A stretch of 36,278 nucleotides of DNA from a virus, in IMG/VR virus record IMGVR_UViG_3300045988_041547, positions 1-36,278 of that record. One strand, 5' to 3'. The translations under genes were made by a program, and so were the position numbers. Shown here piece after piece: positions 6,341 through 14,878 of the stretch (positions within the stretch are counted from its first letter, which is position 1; every line of letters begins with the position of its first letter). The notes beneath the pieces are model-generated. The model did not search any database. It was not told the DNA's origin and was given only the letters and a program-made list of their open reading frames with translations.

Positions 6341-6979
6341 TTATGCGCACCCGCAGCCGCTATTGCAGCCGCAGAAGGGAGATGGCCCAGCCGTGTAAGT
6401 GTAACCGTTCGGATAACGGACAACACCGTACATGCGGTTGTCAGCCTCCAGAGCAGAGACCTTATCCCGCAGCTGCTGGATTTCGTTGGCCTGCATCAGT
6501 GCCCGGGTCTGCTCACCCTCGGCGTGGATCGCCGTAGTGATGTCGCAGGTCTGCCGGTCAATCTGTGCGGACAGGTTAGCGGTCGCAAGTCTGTTGTCGC
6601 AGCAACACTGGGCAATCTGAGACTGGATGTTGTTCCCGGTCTGCATAATCGTTGTGTTTGTGCCCGCCTGCGCAAGCGCAACTTCTTTGCCAAGCTGACC
6701 GATGTTGCTCTGCATCTCATAGCCCAGGTTGCAAATTCCGTTGCCCAGGTTGGACAGCCGGTCGTTGATCTGTCCGAACTGCTGCCCAAACAGAATCTCC
6801 TGCTGAGAGGCCGCAGTTGCATAACGATCAAGCTCCCCGCTGTTCTGGCGGTTAAATCCGTTCCAGCCGCCCATAATGACAAACAGAAACAGGATGATAA
6901 TCCACCATGCACCGTTACCGGCCATGCCGTCAGCATCCTTGGTTACCGCTGCCAGGTCGGAAAGACTATAGTTTTCCAC
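6341..6979 (-). CDS. membrane protein with coiled-coil region, CCC motif and Cys-rich C-terminus, 212 aa
   Basis: GTG start with an AAGGAG RBS. TM helix AWWIIILFLFVIMGGW. Gln/Asn-rich helical repeats, QCCCDNR, and C-terminal FCGCNSGCGCA. Confidence 0.65.
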   Translation of the reverse strand: MENYSLSDLAAVTKDADGMAGNGAWWIIILFLFVIMGGWNGFNRQNSGELDRYATAASQQEILFGQQFGQINDRLSNLGNGICNLGYEMQSNIGQLGKEVALAQAGTNTTIMQTGNNIQSQIAQCCCDNRLATANLSAQIDRQTCDITTAIHAEGEQTRALMQANEIQQLRDKVSALEADNRMYGVVRYPNGYTYTAGPSPFCGCNSGCGCA

Positions 6980-7029
6980 AAAATCACTCCTTGTCGTTAG
7001 ATTTTATATAACACCGTAGCGCTCCGGGG

Positions 7030-7254
7030 TTATTTCAAAAATTCGGAAAATTCCGCCGCCTGCCGCTTGAGTTGCTGAAACTGCTCCTGCGTCATTTGCC
7101 CGCTGGAGAGCATCTGCTCTACCTGCCGTTTTGCCCCCTCCGGGGTCATACCGGCGGCGAATTTGCGAAACTCAGAAATCATAGCAAGCGGGTTATTTGC
7201 TGTTGTTTTTTGCGGCTGACTTTGCCGCAGAAATTGGCTCAGTGGGTTTGTCAT
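7030..7254 (-). CDS. small hypothetical protein, 74 aa
   Basis: ATG with a GGAGG RBS (9-nt spacer). It overlaps the 3' end of the upstream gene by 62 nt in another frame. Confidence 0.5.
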   Translation of the reverse strand: MTNPLSQFLRQSQPQKTTANNPLAMISEFRKFAAGMTPEGAKRQVEQMLSSGQMTQEQFQQLKRQAAEFSEFLK

Positions 7255-7570
7255 TTATAGTTGCCTCCAATCTTGCTATACGCTCTTCCAGGCTCCGTAC
7301 GTCAACCGCTGGAGCCTCCTTGTGGGGCGATATGTCAAATGCCTGTACGGTCTTATAGCCTGCGCCGTCTGTCTGGCAAAGCCAGATCATTGGTGCAGTA
7401 TCATCCATCACAATAGCATTGCTGTTTGGCGCCATCTGGAGCGCCTGCGCTCCATTTTGTCCATTGACATGTATTACCTCATATCTTGGCGCCTGCTGCT
7501 GGGGTTGCTGATTGTAGTAGTTGCCATAGCCCTGATACGGGGCATTGTAAGCTCCATACCCATATGCCAT
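7193..7570 (-). CDS. Tyr/Gly/Asn/Gln-rich N-terminus protein, 125 aa
   Basis: ATG at 7570 with GGAGGTG 8 nt upstream. MAYGYGAYNAPYQGYGNYYNQQPQQQ low-complexity head, then a globular part and LEERIARLEATI. Confidence 0.6.
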   Translation of the reverse strand: MAYGYGAYNAPYQGYGNYYNQQPQQQAPRYEVIHVNGQNGAQALQMAPNSNAIVMDDTAPMIWLCQTDGAGYKTVQAFDISPHKEAPAVDVRSLEERIARLEATINDKPTEPISAAKSAAKNNSK

Positions 7571-7715
7571 TTGCCTCACCTCCTGGATTAAGCATACCGC
7601 AGCCGGTGATTATTCGCCACGCTGCGAAAGTCTCCCTTTTTTATCAAATTTTTATCAAAAAAGTATCATTTATGGCTTGGCATATACACAGATGAATTCT
7701 AAATTTAAGAGCAAG

Positions 7716-7745
7716 AAAATCCCCCACCGAAAGGTGGGGGATTTT
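7716..7745 (-). terminator. strong intrinsic terminator after the lysis operon
   Basis: aaaatcccccacc / gaaa / ggtgggggatttt is a perfect 13-bp stem flanked by A/T runs on both sides. Confidence 0.8.
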
Positions 7746-7746
7746 C

Positions 7747-7944
7747 TCATACCCGATTCATTTTTCTCCGGACTTTGCCAGACAAATGCCGGATTCCACC
7801 CGGCGAGTAGTCCATGATCTCCCCGCAGGATTCCAACGTTTCCCCGGCGGCACGCAGGTCAAAAAACCTGCGCTCTGGTCCGGTAAAATTGCAGGTTGCG
7901 CGGAAATGCTCCAGCTCCGGAATGGTGTAGTCTCTGATCTGCAT
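7747..7944 (-). CDS. small sigma-70 region-4 / LuxR-like HTH protein, 65 aa
   Basis: ATG with a GGAGGTG RBS. FTGPERRFFDLRAAGETLESCGEIMDYSPGGIRHLSGKVRRKM resembles region-4-type HTH mini-proteins. Confidence 0.45.
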   Translation of the reverse strand: MQIRDYTIPELEHFRATCNFTGPERRFFDLRAAGETLESCGEIMDYSPGGIRHLSGKVRRKMNRV

Positions 7945-7959
7945 CCCCGTCACCTCCAA

Positions 7960-8991
7960 TTACCGATTCGTGATAATCATAACCCTTACGGTGCTCTCCG
8001 GCATATCCAGCACCAGCTCTTCCCCTTCTCCGGCTTTGCCCTTGAGCTTGCCAGCTGCCACCAGCTTGTCAACCTCAGTACGGTAATAGTCCGGCAGCTC
8101 GGAGATCAGGTGATAATACCGCTCAATCGGCTGGAGCCTGCCATCACTGCCAAGCCCTACAACCATATTGGTCTGCATATCACCGTCCGCACCCAGATAG
8201 TAGGTATCGCCGCCTGCTTCAACTTTCCACGCATTTTCCAGCATATAGCCCTCCTTGTCGAAGTAATACCACGTATCCTTGATCTTTGCCCACTGCTCTT
8301 TGTAGTAGGTAGTGGTGCTGTTGGCGTACCACCAGCCCTTGCTGTCCTTGTGCCAGCCGATGGTGTACTTACCGGTAGTACCAGCCAACAGACTTGCGTC
8401 GCCCAGCACATTGACGTCAAACCGCCCAGAGCATCCGGGGATGGTGTAGGAGCTGCTGTACTGCCAGATTGCCCAGCCAGCCGCAGACGCTGTGCTGGCA
8501 TACTGCGCATACCACTGGACGTATCCACCCACCCGGTTAATGTCCACATATTTTCGGAGATAGTCCAGGTTGTAGTATGTACCAGCCCGGTACCCAGCCG
8601 CCTTGATCGTCTCACAGAATGCCACAGTATGGGCGTTAAATGCCTCTTTGCCCAGAGTGACGCCCTGCTTTTTGGCGTAGGAGACGGTGTCATACTCAAA
8701 ATCGTAGAACACCGGCAAGGCCAGCTTATCCTTGTACGGTTCCAGCAGCTTGAGCACAAATGCCGCCTCCGCTTTTGCCCCGGCAGCATTGAGGGCATAG
8801 CTAAAGTGATACACACCCACAGGGATTCCCTGAGCAATCGCACCCTCAATATTATGGATAAAATAGTTGTCGGTGTGGCTGACGCCGTAGCCGGTGCGGA
8901 TAATGGCAAACCCAATGCCCGCCGCCTTGATTTTCGCCCAGTCCAGAGCGCCGTTATGCTCCGAAACGTCGATACCGATAATTTTAGCCAT
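7960..8991 (-). CDS. endolysin: GH25 muramidase + Trp/Tyr-rich cell-wall-binding repeats + C-terminal extension
   Basis: MAKIIGIDVSEHNGALDWAKIKAAGIGFAIIRTGYG is a GH25 N-terminus. GWHKDSKGWWYANS..YYKEQWAKIKDTWYYFDKEGYMLENAW looks like choline-binding-type repeats. The start overlaps the holin stop. Confidence 0.85.
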   Translation of the reverse strand: MAKIIGIDVSEHNGALDWAKIKAAGIGFAIIRTGYGVSHTDNYFIHNIEGAIAQGIPVGVYHFSYALNAAGAKAEAAFVLKLLEPYKDKLALPVFYDFEYDTVSYAKKQGVTLGKEAFNAHTVAFCETIKAAGYRAGTYYNLDYLRKYVDINRVGGYVQWYAQYASTASAAGWAIWQYSSSYTIPGCSGRFDVNVLGDASLLAGTTGKYTIGWHKDSKGWWYANSTTTYYKEQWAKIKDTWYYFDKEGYMLENAWKVEAGGDTYYLGADGDMQTNMVVGLGSDGRLQPIERYYHLISELPDYYRTEVDKLVAAGKLKGKAGEGEELVLDMPESTVRVMIITNR

Positions 8992-9205
8992 TGTCGTTGT
9001 CCTCCTCAACGTTGACCTCCGGCAGCCCTGCAATACTGGTCAGCAGGCTCACAACGCCTGCCAGTGCCGCAGTGCCTACCACGGTTACCCAGTCCACTGC
9101 GCCGATGGTCACGGCAGCGGGAATCATTGCAACTGCCGTCTGCGCCACCGTTTTCACAGCACGGATACCGGCGGCTTTCCACCACATCTTTGTCTTAATG
9201 GGCAT
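8984..9205 (-). CDS. holin (phi LC3-like), about 73 aa
   Basis: AGIRAVKTVAQTAVAMIPAAV and VTVVGTAALAGVVSLLTSIAG are hydrophobic segments, followed by an acidic tail. It sits immediately upstream of the endolysin. ATG 9205 has better RBS spacing than 9214. Confidence 0.75.
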   Translation of the reverse strand: MPIKTKMWWKAAGIRAVKTVAQTAVAMIPAAVTIGAVDWVTVVGTAALAGVVSLLTSIAGLPEVNVEEDNDNG

Positions 9206-9461
9206 GTTTATCATCCTCCAAATCCTTAATCCGATGGTTGATTACCTTGATCTGCTCCTCAACGACGGGCACCCGCCGTGCAAATCCATTGTGTTCTCTG
9301 ACCTCCCGGGTCAGCTCCTCCAGTTTCGTTTCGGTAACCGCCTGATGTTTCTCCAAATTTGCCTGCATCTTTTTTGCCGTGCTGTGGCTGGTAATAACCA
9401 CACCTACCAGCGCCAGCACCCCTGTAATGAGTGGCGGCACGATTGCAATCACAAGCTCCAA
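9195..9461 (-). CDS. XhlA-like membrane protein of the lysis cassette, 88 aa
   Basis: N-terminal TM helix ELVIAIVPPLITGVLALVGVVI plus a coiled coil (KLEELTREVREHNGFARRVPVVEEQIKVINHRIKDLE), as in the XhlA family. Confidence 0.6.
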   Translation of the reverse strand: MELVIAIVPPLITGVLALVGVVITSHSTAKKMQANLEKHQAVTETKLEELTREVREHNGFARRVPVVEEQIKVINHRIKDLEDDKHAH

Positions 9462-9464
9462 TAA

Positions 9465-9863
9465 TTACACCTCCGCAAAATATGTTTTGTCCTCAAGCCC
9501 GGTCGGCACGCCGTCCTCCAGCGCGACATAGAGGTGCGTGCCGTCGGTATAGTGGTACCCTGTCTTGACCTCACGCCCCTCTGTCCAGCGCAGTGGATTC
9601 TTCAGAGTGCCCAGCGCGTCAGGGTCTTCCACCAGCTCCCACGTAAATCCGGCGGACGAGGCGTACACCGGTTTCCATTTATACCCTACCTTTGGCTCCA
9701 TCGTCGGCACCGGCTCCTCTGGGATTGTCCCCAGTATCAATGCGATTTTTTCACTGTCCGTTAACGGCTCCATGCTGCGCTCCGCGTTGAGCTGTGATTC
9801 CTGCATTGCCGCAATTTCCTCGGCGGTCATGTCTCGGATGACGCCATTGTCGTTTATCTTCAC
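9465..9863 (-). CDS. hypothetical tail-fibre-associated protein
   Basis: ORF 9465..9878. A GTGA start/stop overlap with the fibre gene favours GTG at 9863; the TTG at 9878 is the alternative. Confidence 0.55.
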   Translation of the reverse strand: MKINDNGVIRDMTAEEIAAMQESQLNAERSMEPLTDSEKIALILGTIPEEPVPTMEPKVGYKWKPVYASSAGFTWELVEDPDALGTLKNPLRWTEGREVKTGYHYTDGTHLYVALEDGVPTGLEDKTYFAEV

Positions 9864-11023
9864 GCCTTTACCCCCCAAATTGTGATTGTTCCAGCCGCAG
9901 TGTTTTCGGTTTCTTCTGCAACGACTGTATTTATGCGGATACCGTTAACATAACCGCCAGAATACCCAGTTGAAGGAGGTTTTCCGGCGCCGACCATTGG
10001 TGTCCCTTGCACCAAAGCTACCGTTGGTCCAACCAAGCATGTCATAGCTGGATCACAATCAACAAAAATCAACGTTACCGCACCGTTCGAGTGGTTTACT
10101 GTGCCAAATTTATACCCGCTACCAAATGCTTTCCATTTAGTCGTCCCGTCTTGCAACGTACTTAACTCTATTGTCCTGTACACAACATCAGTTTTAGCAG
10201 TAAATCTTTCTGTAGCTGCGCTATCTGATGCGACCACAAGAATTCTTATTTTTTTGAGGTAGTCAAAATTCAGCTGGTCAACGACCGCCTCACTAAGCGA
10301 TATAGTGCCAATTTGTTCCCACGTCTCGCCGCCCCCGCCGCTAGGCATATCCACCGGCCTCCACGCTGTCGGTACCCCGTTATCATCCACCGCAGCAATT
10401 TTGACGATCTGTCCCACAGCGGCACCCGTGACATCCAACCCAGTTCCGGCGGGACCCTGTGGACCAACTGGACCCTGAGGTCCCGTCTCGCCCTGAGGTC
10501 CCTGTGCACCGGTGTCTCCCTTTGGTCCCCGCGCTCCGTCAAACTCCCCGGATGCTTTTGCCTGTGCCAGCGCCTTGTCGGTAGCACCCTGTAGATCATC
10601 CTCCGTCAGCGCACCCAGCCCCTTTGCCGTGATCTCCACAGCGCCGGTCTGACCGTTGACACTGGAGACACCAGCGATTCCGCCACCCTTTTCCAGGGCT
10701 TCAATGCGTTCATCCAGCTGCTCCCATGTCCGTATTTCGGTGGGGGTGTACGCATAGTCACTGGGCTTCGGGCGCGTCTCCAGCTGAATCCGTGCCATGT
10801 CCATCGTATGCTCCGGCGTATACGCCCAAAACACGATGGCATGTGGCAGCTGCATCAGCTCCGGCGGGATTGCCACCTGCTGATTCTCAACCTTAAATGG
10901 CACCGCCTTGCCGCCCCACTTAAAATGCACCTCTGGCACATTCTCCGGCTCCGTGATGGTGATGGTGATGTCACGATCCCACTGATAAACGTGGGATTCG
11001 CCGTTTGAAAGACTATACTGCAT
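9860..11023 (-). CDS. tail fibre with collagen-like Gly-X-Y repeats, 387 aa
   Basis: GARGPKGDTGAQGPQGETGPQGPVGPQGPAGTG triplet run. The C-terminal roughly 130 aa are encoded by visibly more AT-rich DNA. Confidence 0.8.
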   Translation of the reverse strand: MQYSLSNGESHVYQWDRDITITITEPENVPEVHFKWGGKAVPFKVENQQVAIPPELMQLPHAIVFWAYTPEHTMDMARIQLETRPKPSDYAYTPTEIRTWEQLDERIEALEKGGGIAGVSSVNGQTGAVEITAKGLGALTEDDLQGATDKALAQAKASGEFDGARGPKGDTGAQGPQGETGPQGPVGPQGPAGTGLDVTGAAVGQIVKIAAVDDNGVPTAWRPVDMPSGGGGETWEQIGTISLSEAVVDQLNFDYLKKIRILVVASDSAATERFTAKTDVVYRTIELSTLQDGTTKWKAFGSGYKFGTVNHSNGAVTLIFVDCDPAMTCLVGPTVALVQGTPMVGAGKPPSTGYSGGYVNGIRINTVVAEETENTAAGTITIWGVKA

Positions 11024-11498
11024 CGTCAGCCTCCCACTTCACCCACGCCTCCATCCAGACGTACAGTGCGCCATCCTTGAGGTAATAGGCATTGTCGATG
11101 AGCGGCACACCCTCTGCGTACACAATCGGGTTGTCCACGGTACCCGTTGGGTGTTCCTGCTCCACGTATTCCTGCCGTACCAGCACGTCACCAACATAGA
11201 TGTTGTGCCAGTCAAAGCCAATCTTGTCGGACTGGACCGTTTCGGACTTCAAGCCACCCAGTGTCTGGATTGTACTGAGCGTCTTCTGTGCCTTTCGTGC
11301 CGTGGACTCCCTGACCTCACCCGTGCTGCCGAAGATTGTCCGCATCACCTCATCTGATGTCAGCGCCTTATCCTCCACCACTCTGTCTACCTCAGTCCAT
11401 GCAGCTGCATCCGTCTCTGCCGGAAGATAAAGTGTGCCGCTGATGTAGATAGATCCATTGGTTAAAAATTTCCCGTTAGCTGCTGTAATGCTGAACAT
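11013..11498 (-). CDS. hypothetical baseplate/fibre-associated protein, 161 aa
   Basis: ORF with an AAGGGGGAA RBS, located in the tail-tip module. Confidence 0.6.
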   Translation of the reverse strand: MFSITAANGKFLTNGSIYISGTLYLPAETDAAAWTEVDRVVEDKALTSDEVMRTIFGSTGEVRESTARKAQKTLSTIQTLGGLKSETVQSDKIGFDWHNIYVGDVLVRQEYVEQEHPTGTVDNPIVYAEGVPLIDNAYYLKDGALYVWMEAWVKWEADDAV

Positions 11499-11510
11499 AT
11501 CAATTCCCCC

Positions 11511-12503
11511 TTAACTATTCGTTTTAAACATGATGGTTCCGCCGCCGCCGCACTCGCCCTCTGTCTTCTGGAAGATGTCACTGGACTGCCACTTGTTGCC
11601 GCTCCCGGGTATTTGACCGTGTGCATAAAAGCTGCCATCCGTGTAAGCCGCCCAATCCGTAAAGATTGTGTCGTTCGCCGTGTAATAGCCGGATAGAGAG
11701 CCGCCGCCGGAATACCCGCCATCTGCGGGGATCAGCGGGCAGCCGGAAATTTTAATTTGCTCCGTGTTGCTGCCTGCCATAATGCCCCAGACGCTGAAAG
11801 AGACAATCGCAACGTCTCCAATTTTGACATACCGTCCTCTTTGGTAGCTATACGAGGACATTCCGGACAGCGTTGGGGTCCAGGAACCGGAGGAAATGCC
11901 CAGAATTGCGCCGATGGAAGCAGAGGTCAGCTGCTTGCCCGAGTCCATGAGATTGCCCACGGCATCCAGAAGCGCCACGTTTTGGGCGGCAGTTGGCGTC
12001 GTTTTATCCGCCTTTCCGCTGGTTGCCGCCTCCGCTGCCGTTTTTGCCGTTTCCGCAGCCGCCTGTGCCGCTTGAGCTTTCTGCATGGCATCAATCGCCT
12101 GTGTTTTTGCTGTCTCGACGCTGGAAATATCTGTTGCCGACATGTCCGCGTTTTCTGCCACAGCCGCCCGTTCCACGTCCAGGATGAAATTTGCACTGCC
12201 GAGCACGTTTTCCCCACTGGTCACCGTCAACTGGCACTCCGTCTTGCCTGCCACAGCCGCCATCTGCTGTGTCAGCGTTACCGTTACCGTAGACCATGAG
12301 ACGGTGGCTACAACGCTGAACGCCTTTTTATCCGGCTTGGTCCCATCAATGGTTACCGTAGCACCGGATGGTATCTTCCACGGGATCGACCCGTTGTACA
12401 ATTCAAAAGTTAGGTCTCGTGATCCAACGTCATACTGGCTCGCATGGATAATCGGCGGCATGCCGCCAGGGACCATGTTTATTTTACACACCTGCGTAAT
12501 CAT
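11511..12503 (-). CDS. BppU-like baseplate upper protein, 330 aa
   Basis: The N-terminus INMVPGGMPPIIHASQYDVGSRDLTFELYNGS...ATVTIDGTKPD...ECQLTVTS..VLGSANFILDVERAA fits the BppU N-terminal domain pattern. An Ala-rich coiled coil follows. Confidence 0.65.
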   Translation of the reverse strand: MITQVCKINMVPGGMPPIIHASQYDVGSRDLTFELYNGSIPWKIPSGATVTIDGTKPDKKAFSVVATVSWSTVTVTLTQQMAAVAGKTECQLTVTSGENVLGSANFILDVERAAVAENADMSATDISSVETAKTQAIDAMQKAQAAQAAAETAKTAAEAATSGKADKTTPTAAQNVALLDAVGNLMDSGKQLTSASIGAILGISSGSWTPTLSGMSSYSYQRGRYVKIGDVAIVSFSVWGIMAGSNTEQIKISGCPLIPADGGYSGGGSLSGYYTANDTIFTDWAAYTDGSFYAHGQIPGSGNKWQSSDIFQKTEGECGGGGTIMFKTNS

Positions 12504-12515
12504 CGTTCCCCTCCT

Positions 12516-14177
12516 TTACCATGTCGCGTGTTCCGTGATGCTTCCGGAAACCGCAAGGTTTCCGTCTATATACGCATATCCATTATTCAACAGAAAAATT
12601 CTGGTGGTACCTGTTTGTATTCTTACGCCTGCGTTGGTGGCTACAACGTAGTTCTCTCCTGTGGCATCCGCCACGCCGATCCCGTCTGTCGTATCCTTTC
12701 CTGTGCTTCCCTGCATATAGCCGATGCTTCCGCCTTTCGTCCCACCGGATGTCTGATACACGGAAAACTCTCCGGACAGTGATACGTTGGCCGCGTCAAT
12801 ACATCCGGTCTTTATCAGGTTTGCATTCAGCGTTCCGGTTGTGATAAAATCTGCAACAATCCCGGATTCCAACGATGCGCCCATGGTGAACGGGCCGTTG
12901 TAGCCGTTGGCACTAGCTCCCCAGCCCTGGTAATTAAAACGCCAGACTTTTACAGCTTTTGTGGGGTCGGGATCGTCGGCGATGTATAACGTGTCTGGCT
13001 CTCCGTCTCCGTTGGTGTCCAGTAGCCGGACGCTGCCGCCCTGCGCGCCGAGGATATTGGCGGTCAGTTGCTCAATAGCGGTCCTCATAAATGAGTCAGT
13101 GGGCCGCTTTTTAATCTCTTCACCCTGGTTAATGATTGTGTCTGTAAAATTGGATCTAGCGTCTCCTAATGTTACGCTGTCATACCTGCCCAGCAGGACA
13201 TTGTAGGCCGTTTCAACGACCTCTGCCGTCGTGGCGACTCCCATGGCTGGAAACTCGACTGTTACAGTGTCGCACGGCTCCACTCGCTCCATAAGCGCCA
13301 GCTCCGCATACTCTTTAGTCTGTTCGAGTTGCACAAACGAAACCTCTATGCTGACCCTCGGCACCCCGATGTTGTTATCATCAACGTATTTCTGAGCTCT
13401 TGCCAATAGATCCGCCTGAGATGGTGCCTCCTCCCATTCACCGGAAAAATCCACCGGGAGAATTTTAATATAACCGTATGTGCCGGGAGCATTGACCAGT
13501 TTGCTGTCCAACTGCACTAAGTCCCCATCCGGCCCGTACCAGTATGGGTAGATTCCAGTATATACGCTCTCGCAGTTCTCCTCCTGCCGGAGGTCTGTTA
13601 GGTTTTTGCCATACCGGATTCTTACGCCACGATCAAAGCCCCAGCTGGTGTGCAGCTTTACCGTCCACCTGTCAAACTCATACTCGCCTGTGCCGTAGGC
13701 GTCCAGTATGCTGCCCTCTGCGCCGCCCAGCAATGTCCATATGGCGGTAGGCACATCAACGGAGAATTTTGCAGATACAGTCTTGTCTGTCCAAAACTCA
13801 AATGGGCAGTCAGTCGCCGCATGATTTTTTAGCCCCAGCAACGCCTCTGCTGTGCTGGTCGCGCTGAACGGCTCAACAACAACCCCGGCCAGGTCATAGC
13901 TGATGTGCCGTGCATATACGGTTACCATGCCGCCGATCGGGCGGGTGATCTCGTATATCCGGTATGGCTGAGGATTGCCGGTGATCGTGTATGGGGCCAG
14001 GATGAGGTTGCGGAGCCGCAAATCATCGTAGTGGTTGCCTGTGATTGGGTACTCCATCTCCAGCTCCATGATCCCGTTCCGCGTCCACCTGGTCACTGCA
14101 CTGGCGCAGTCTCCCAGCACTCCAATACCGTTTGTTTCAAATTTTGCCTCGCTGGCATCGTACAAAATGGGTTTCAC
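12516..14177 (-). CDS. tail-associated lysin / tail endopeptidase-type protein (Tal), 553 aa
   Basis: GTG at 14177 forms a GTGA overlap with the Dit stop. The N-terminus VKPILYDASEAKFETNGIGVLGDC...MELEMEYP is typical of siphovirus prophage-tail proteins. Confidence 0.75.
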   Translation of the reverse strand: MKPILYDASEAKFETNGIGVLGDCASAVTRWTRNGIMELEMEYPITGNHYDDLRLRNLILAPYTITGNPQPYRIYEITRPIGGMVTVYARHISYDLAGVVVEPFSATSTAEALLGLKNHAATDCPFEFWTDKTVSAKFSVDVPTAIWTLLGGAEGSILDAYGTGEYEFDRWTVKLHTSWGFDRGVRIRYGKNLTDLRQEENCESVYTGIYPYWYGPDGDLVQLDSKLVNAPGTYGYIKILPVDFSGEWEEAPSQADLLARAQKYVDDNNIGVPRVSIEVSFVQLEQTKEYAELALMERVEPCDTVTVEFPAMGVATTAEVVETAYNVLLGRYDSVTLGDARSNFTDTIINQGEEIKKRPTDSFMRTAIEQLTANILGAQGGSVRLLDTNGDGEPDTLYIADDPDPTKAVKVWRFNYQGWGASANGYNGPFTMGASLESGIVADFITTGTLNANLIKTGCIDAANVSLSGEFSVYQTSGGTKGGSIGYMQGSTGKDTTDGIGVADATGENYVVATNAGVRIQTGTTRIFLLNNGYAYIDGNLAVSGSITEHATW

Positions 14178-14878
14178 AGTGTCCACCACCTCGGTATGAT
14201 CTCGATCTTGGTCACTCCGCCCGTCCACGATACCGGATTCTCACCCGGCTCCAACTCCGGAAACTCAGCGGCCTTAATCGTGCTGTTTTTGTTGCTCAGG
14301 CCCTTATAGGCGTCCTGAGTGGAGCAGTCAATCGTCACATAGCCGTCTATTGCCGTGATCTGCGCCGTTTTGCCCCCCACCGTCACGGTTCCCTCCCCGC
14401 TTCCGTATACGGTCAGTAAGGGGAGCGCAGTCTCCCCGGCGTTATAGAGCGTGCCCGGGGAGGTGAACGTCACCGGCGTTTCCCCATCTTTGCGGAAAAG
14501 CTGGGGTTTGCAGTCGAATGTAATGTCAAACTGTCCAGACTCCCAATACGCCCCAATCAGCTGCGGTTCGATTCCGCCGGACAGCATCCCCAAGCGGAAA
14601 TGATCCGGGAAATAGGTGTCCTCCAGCCTGCAATACTGCCCCTTTGGCAATGCCGCGCGAAACGCCGCAAACTTAGCCTTAAAATCGGATTGGATACCGC
14701 ATACATACCGGATTTGCACATTGTTATATCTGCCGTTGTCATAGGTCAGTGTTCCATTACGTCCGGGCACCGATACCGTGGTTACGTCTCGCTCTGCGGT
14801 GGAGAAAACCCCATCCCCAGAAATGGCGATGCCGTAATCAGCGGTGTCAACTCCGCCAAAAATAAATTTATTTCTCAG
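14174..14878 (-). CDS. distal tail protein (Dit); start apparently non-canonical
   Basis: The Dit-like N-terminus KFIFGGVDTADYGIAISGDGVFSTAERDVTTVSVPGRNGTL lies upstream of the first ATG/GTG/TTG (14770) in an open frame. AGGTGG at 14890..14885 sits 6 nt before an in-frame CTG at 14878. Confidence 0.6.
   Translation of the reverse strand: MRNKFIFGGVDTADYGIAISGDGVFSTAERDVTTVSVPGRNGTLTYDNGRYNNVQIRYVCGIQSDFKAKFAAFRAALPKGQYCRLEDTYFPDHFRLGMLSGGIEPQLIGAYWESGQFDITFDCKPQLFRKDGETPVTFTSPGTLYNAGETALPLLTVYGSGEGTVTVGGKTAQITAIDGYVTIDCSTQDAYKGLSNKNSTIKAAEFPELEPGENPVSWTGGVTKIEIIPRWWTL

Noticed and set aside
6257-7000. 247-aa plus-strand ORF
   Set aside because: It is antisense to the 212-aa membrane protein gene, which has a proper RBS and a TM/coiled-coil organisation.
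7786-9015. 409-aa plus-strand ORF
   Set aside because: It is antisense to the well-supported endolysin and HTH genes. It has no RBS and an Arg/Pro/Gly/Ala-biased composition, so it is a shadow ORF.
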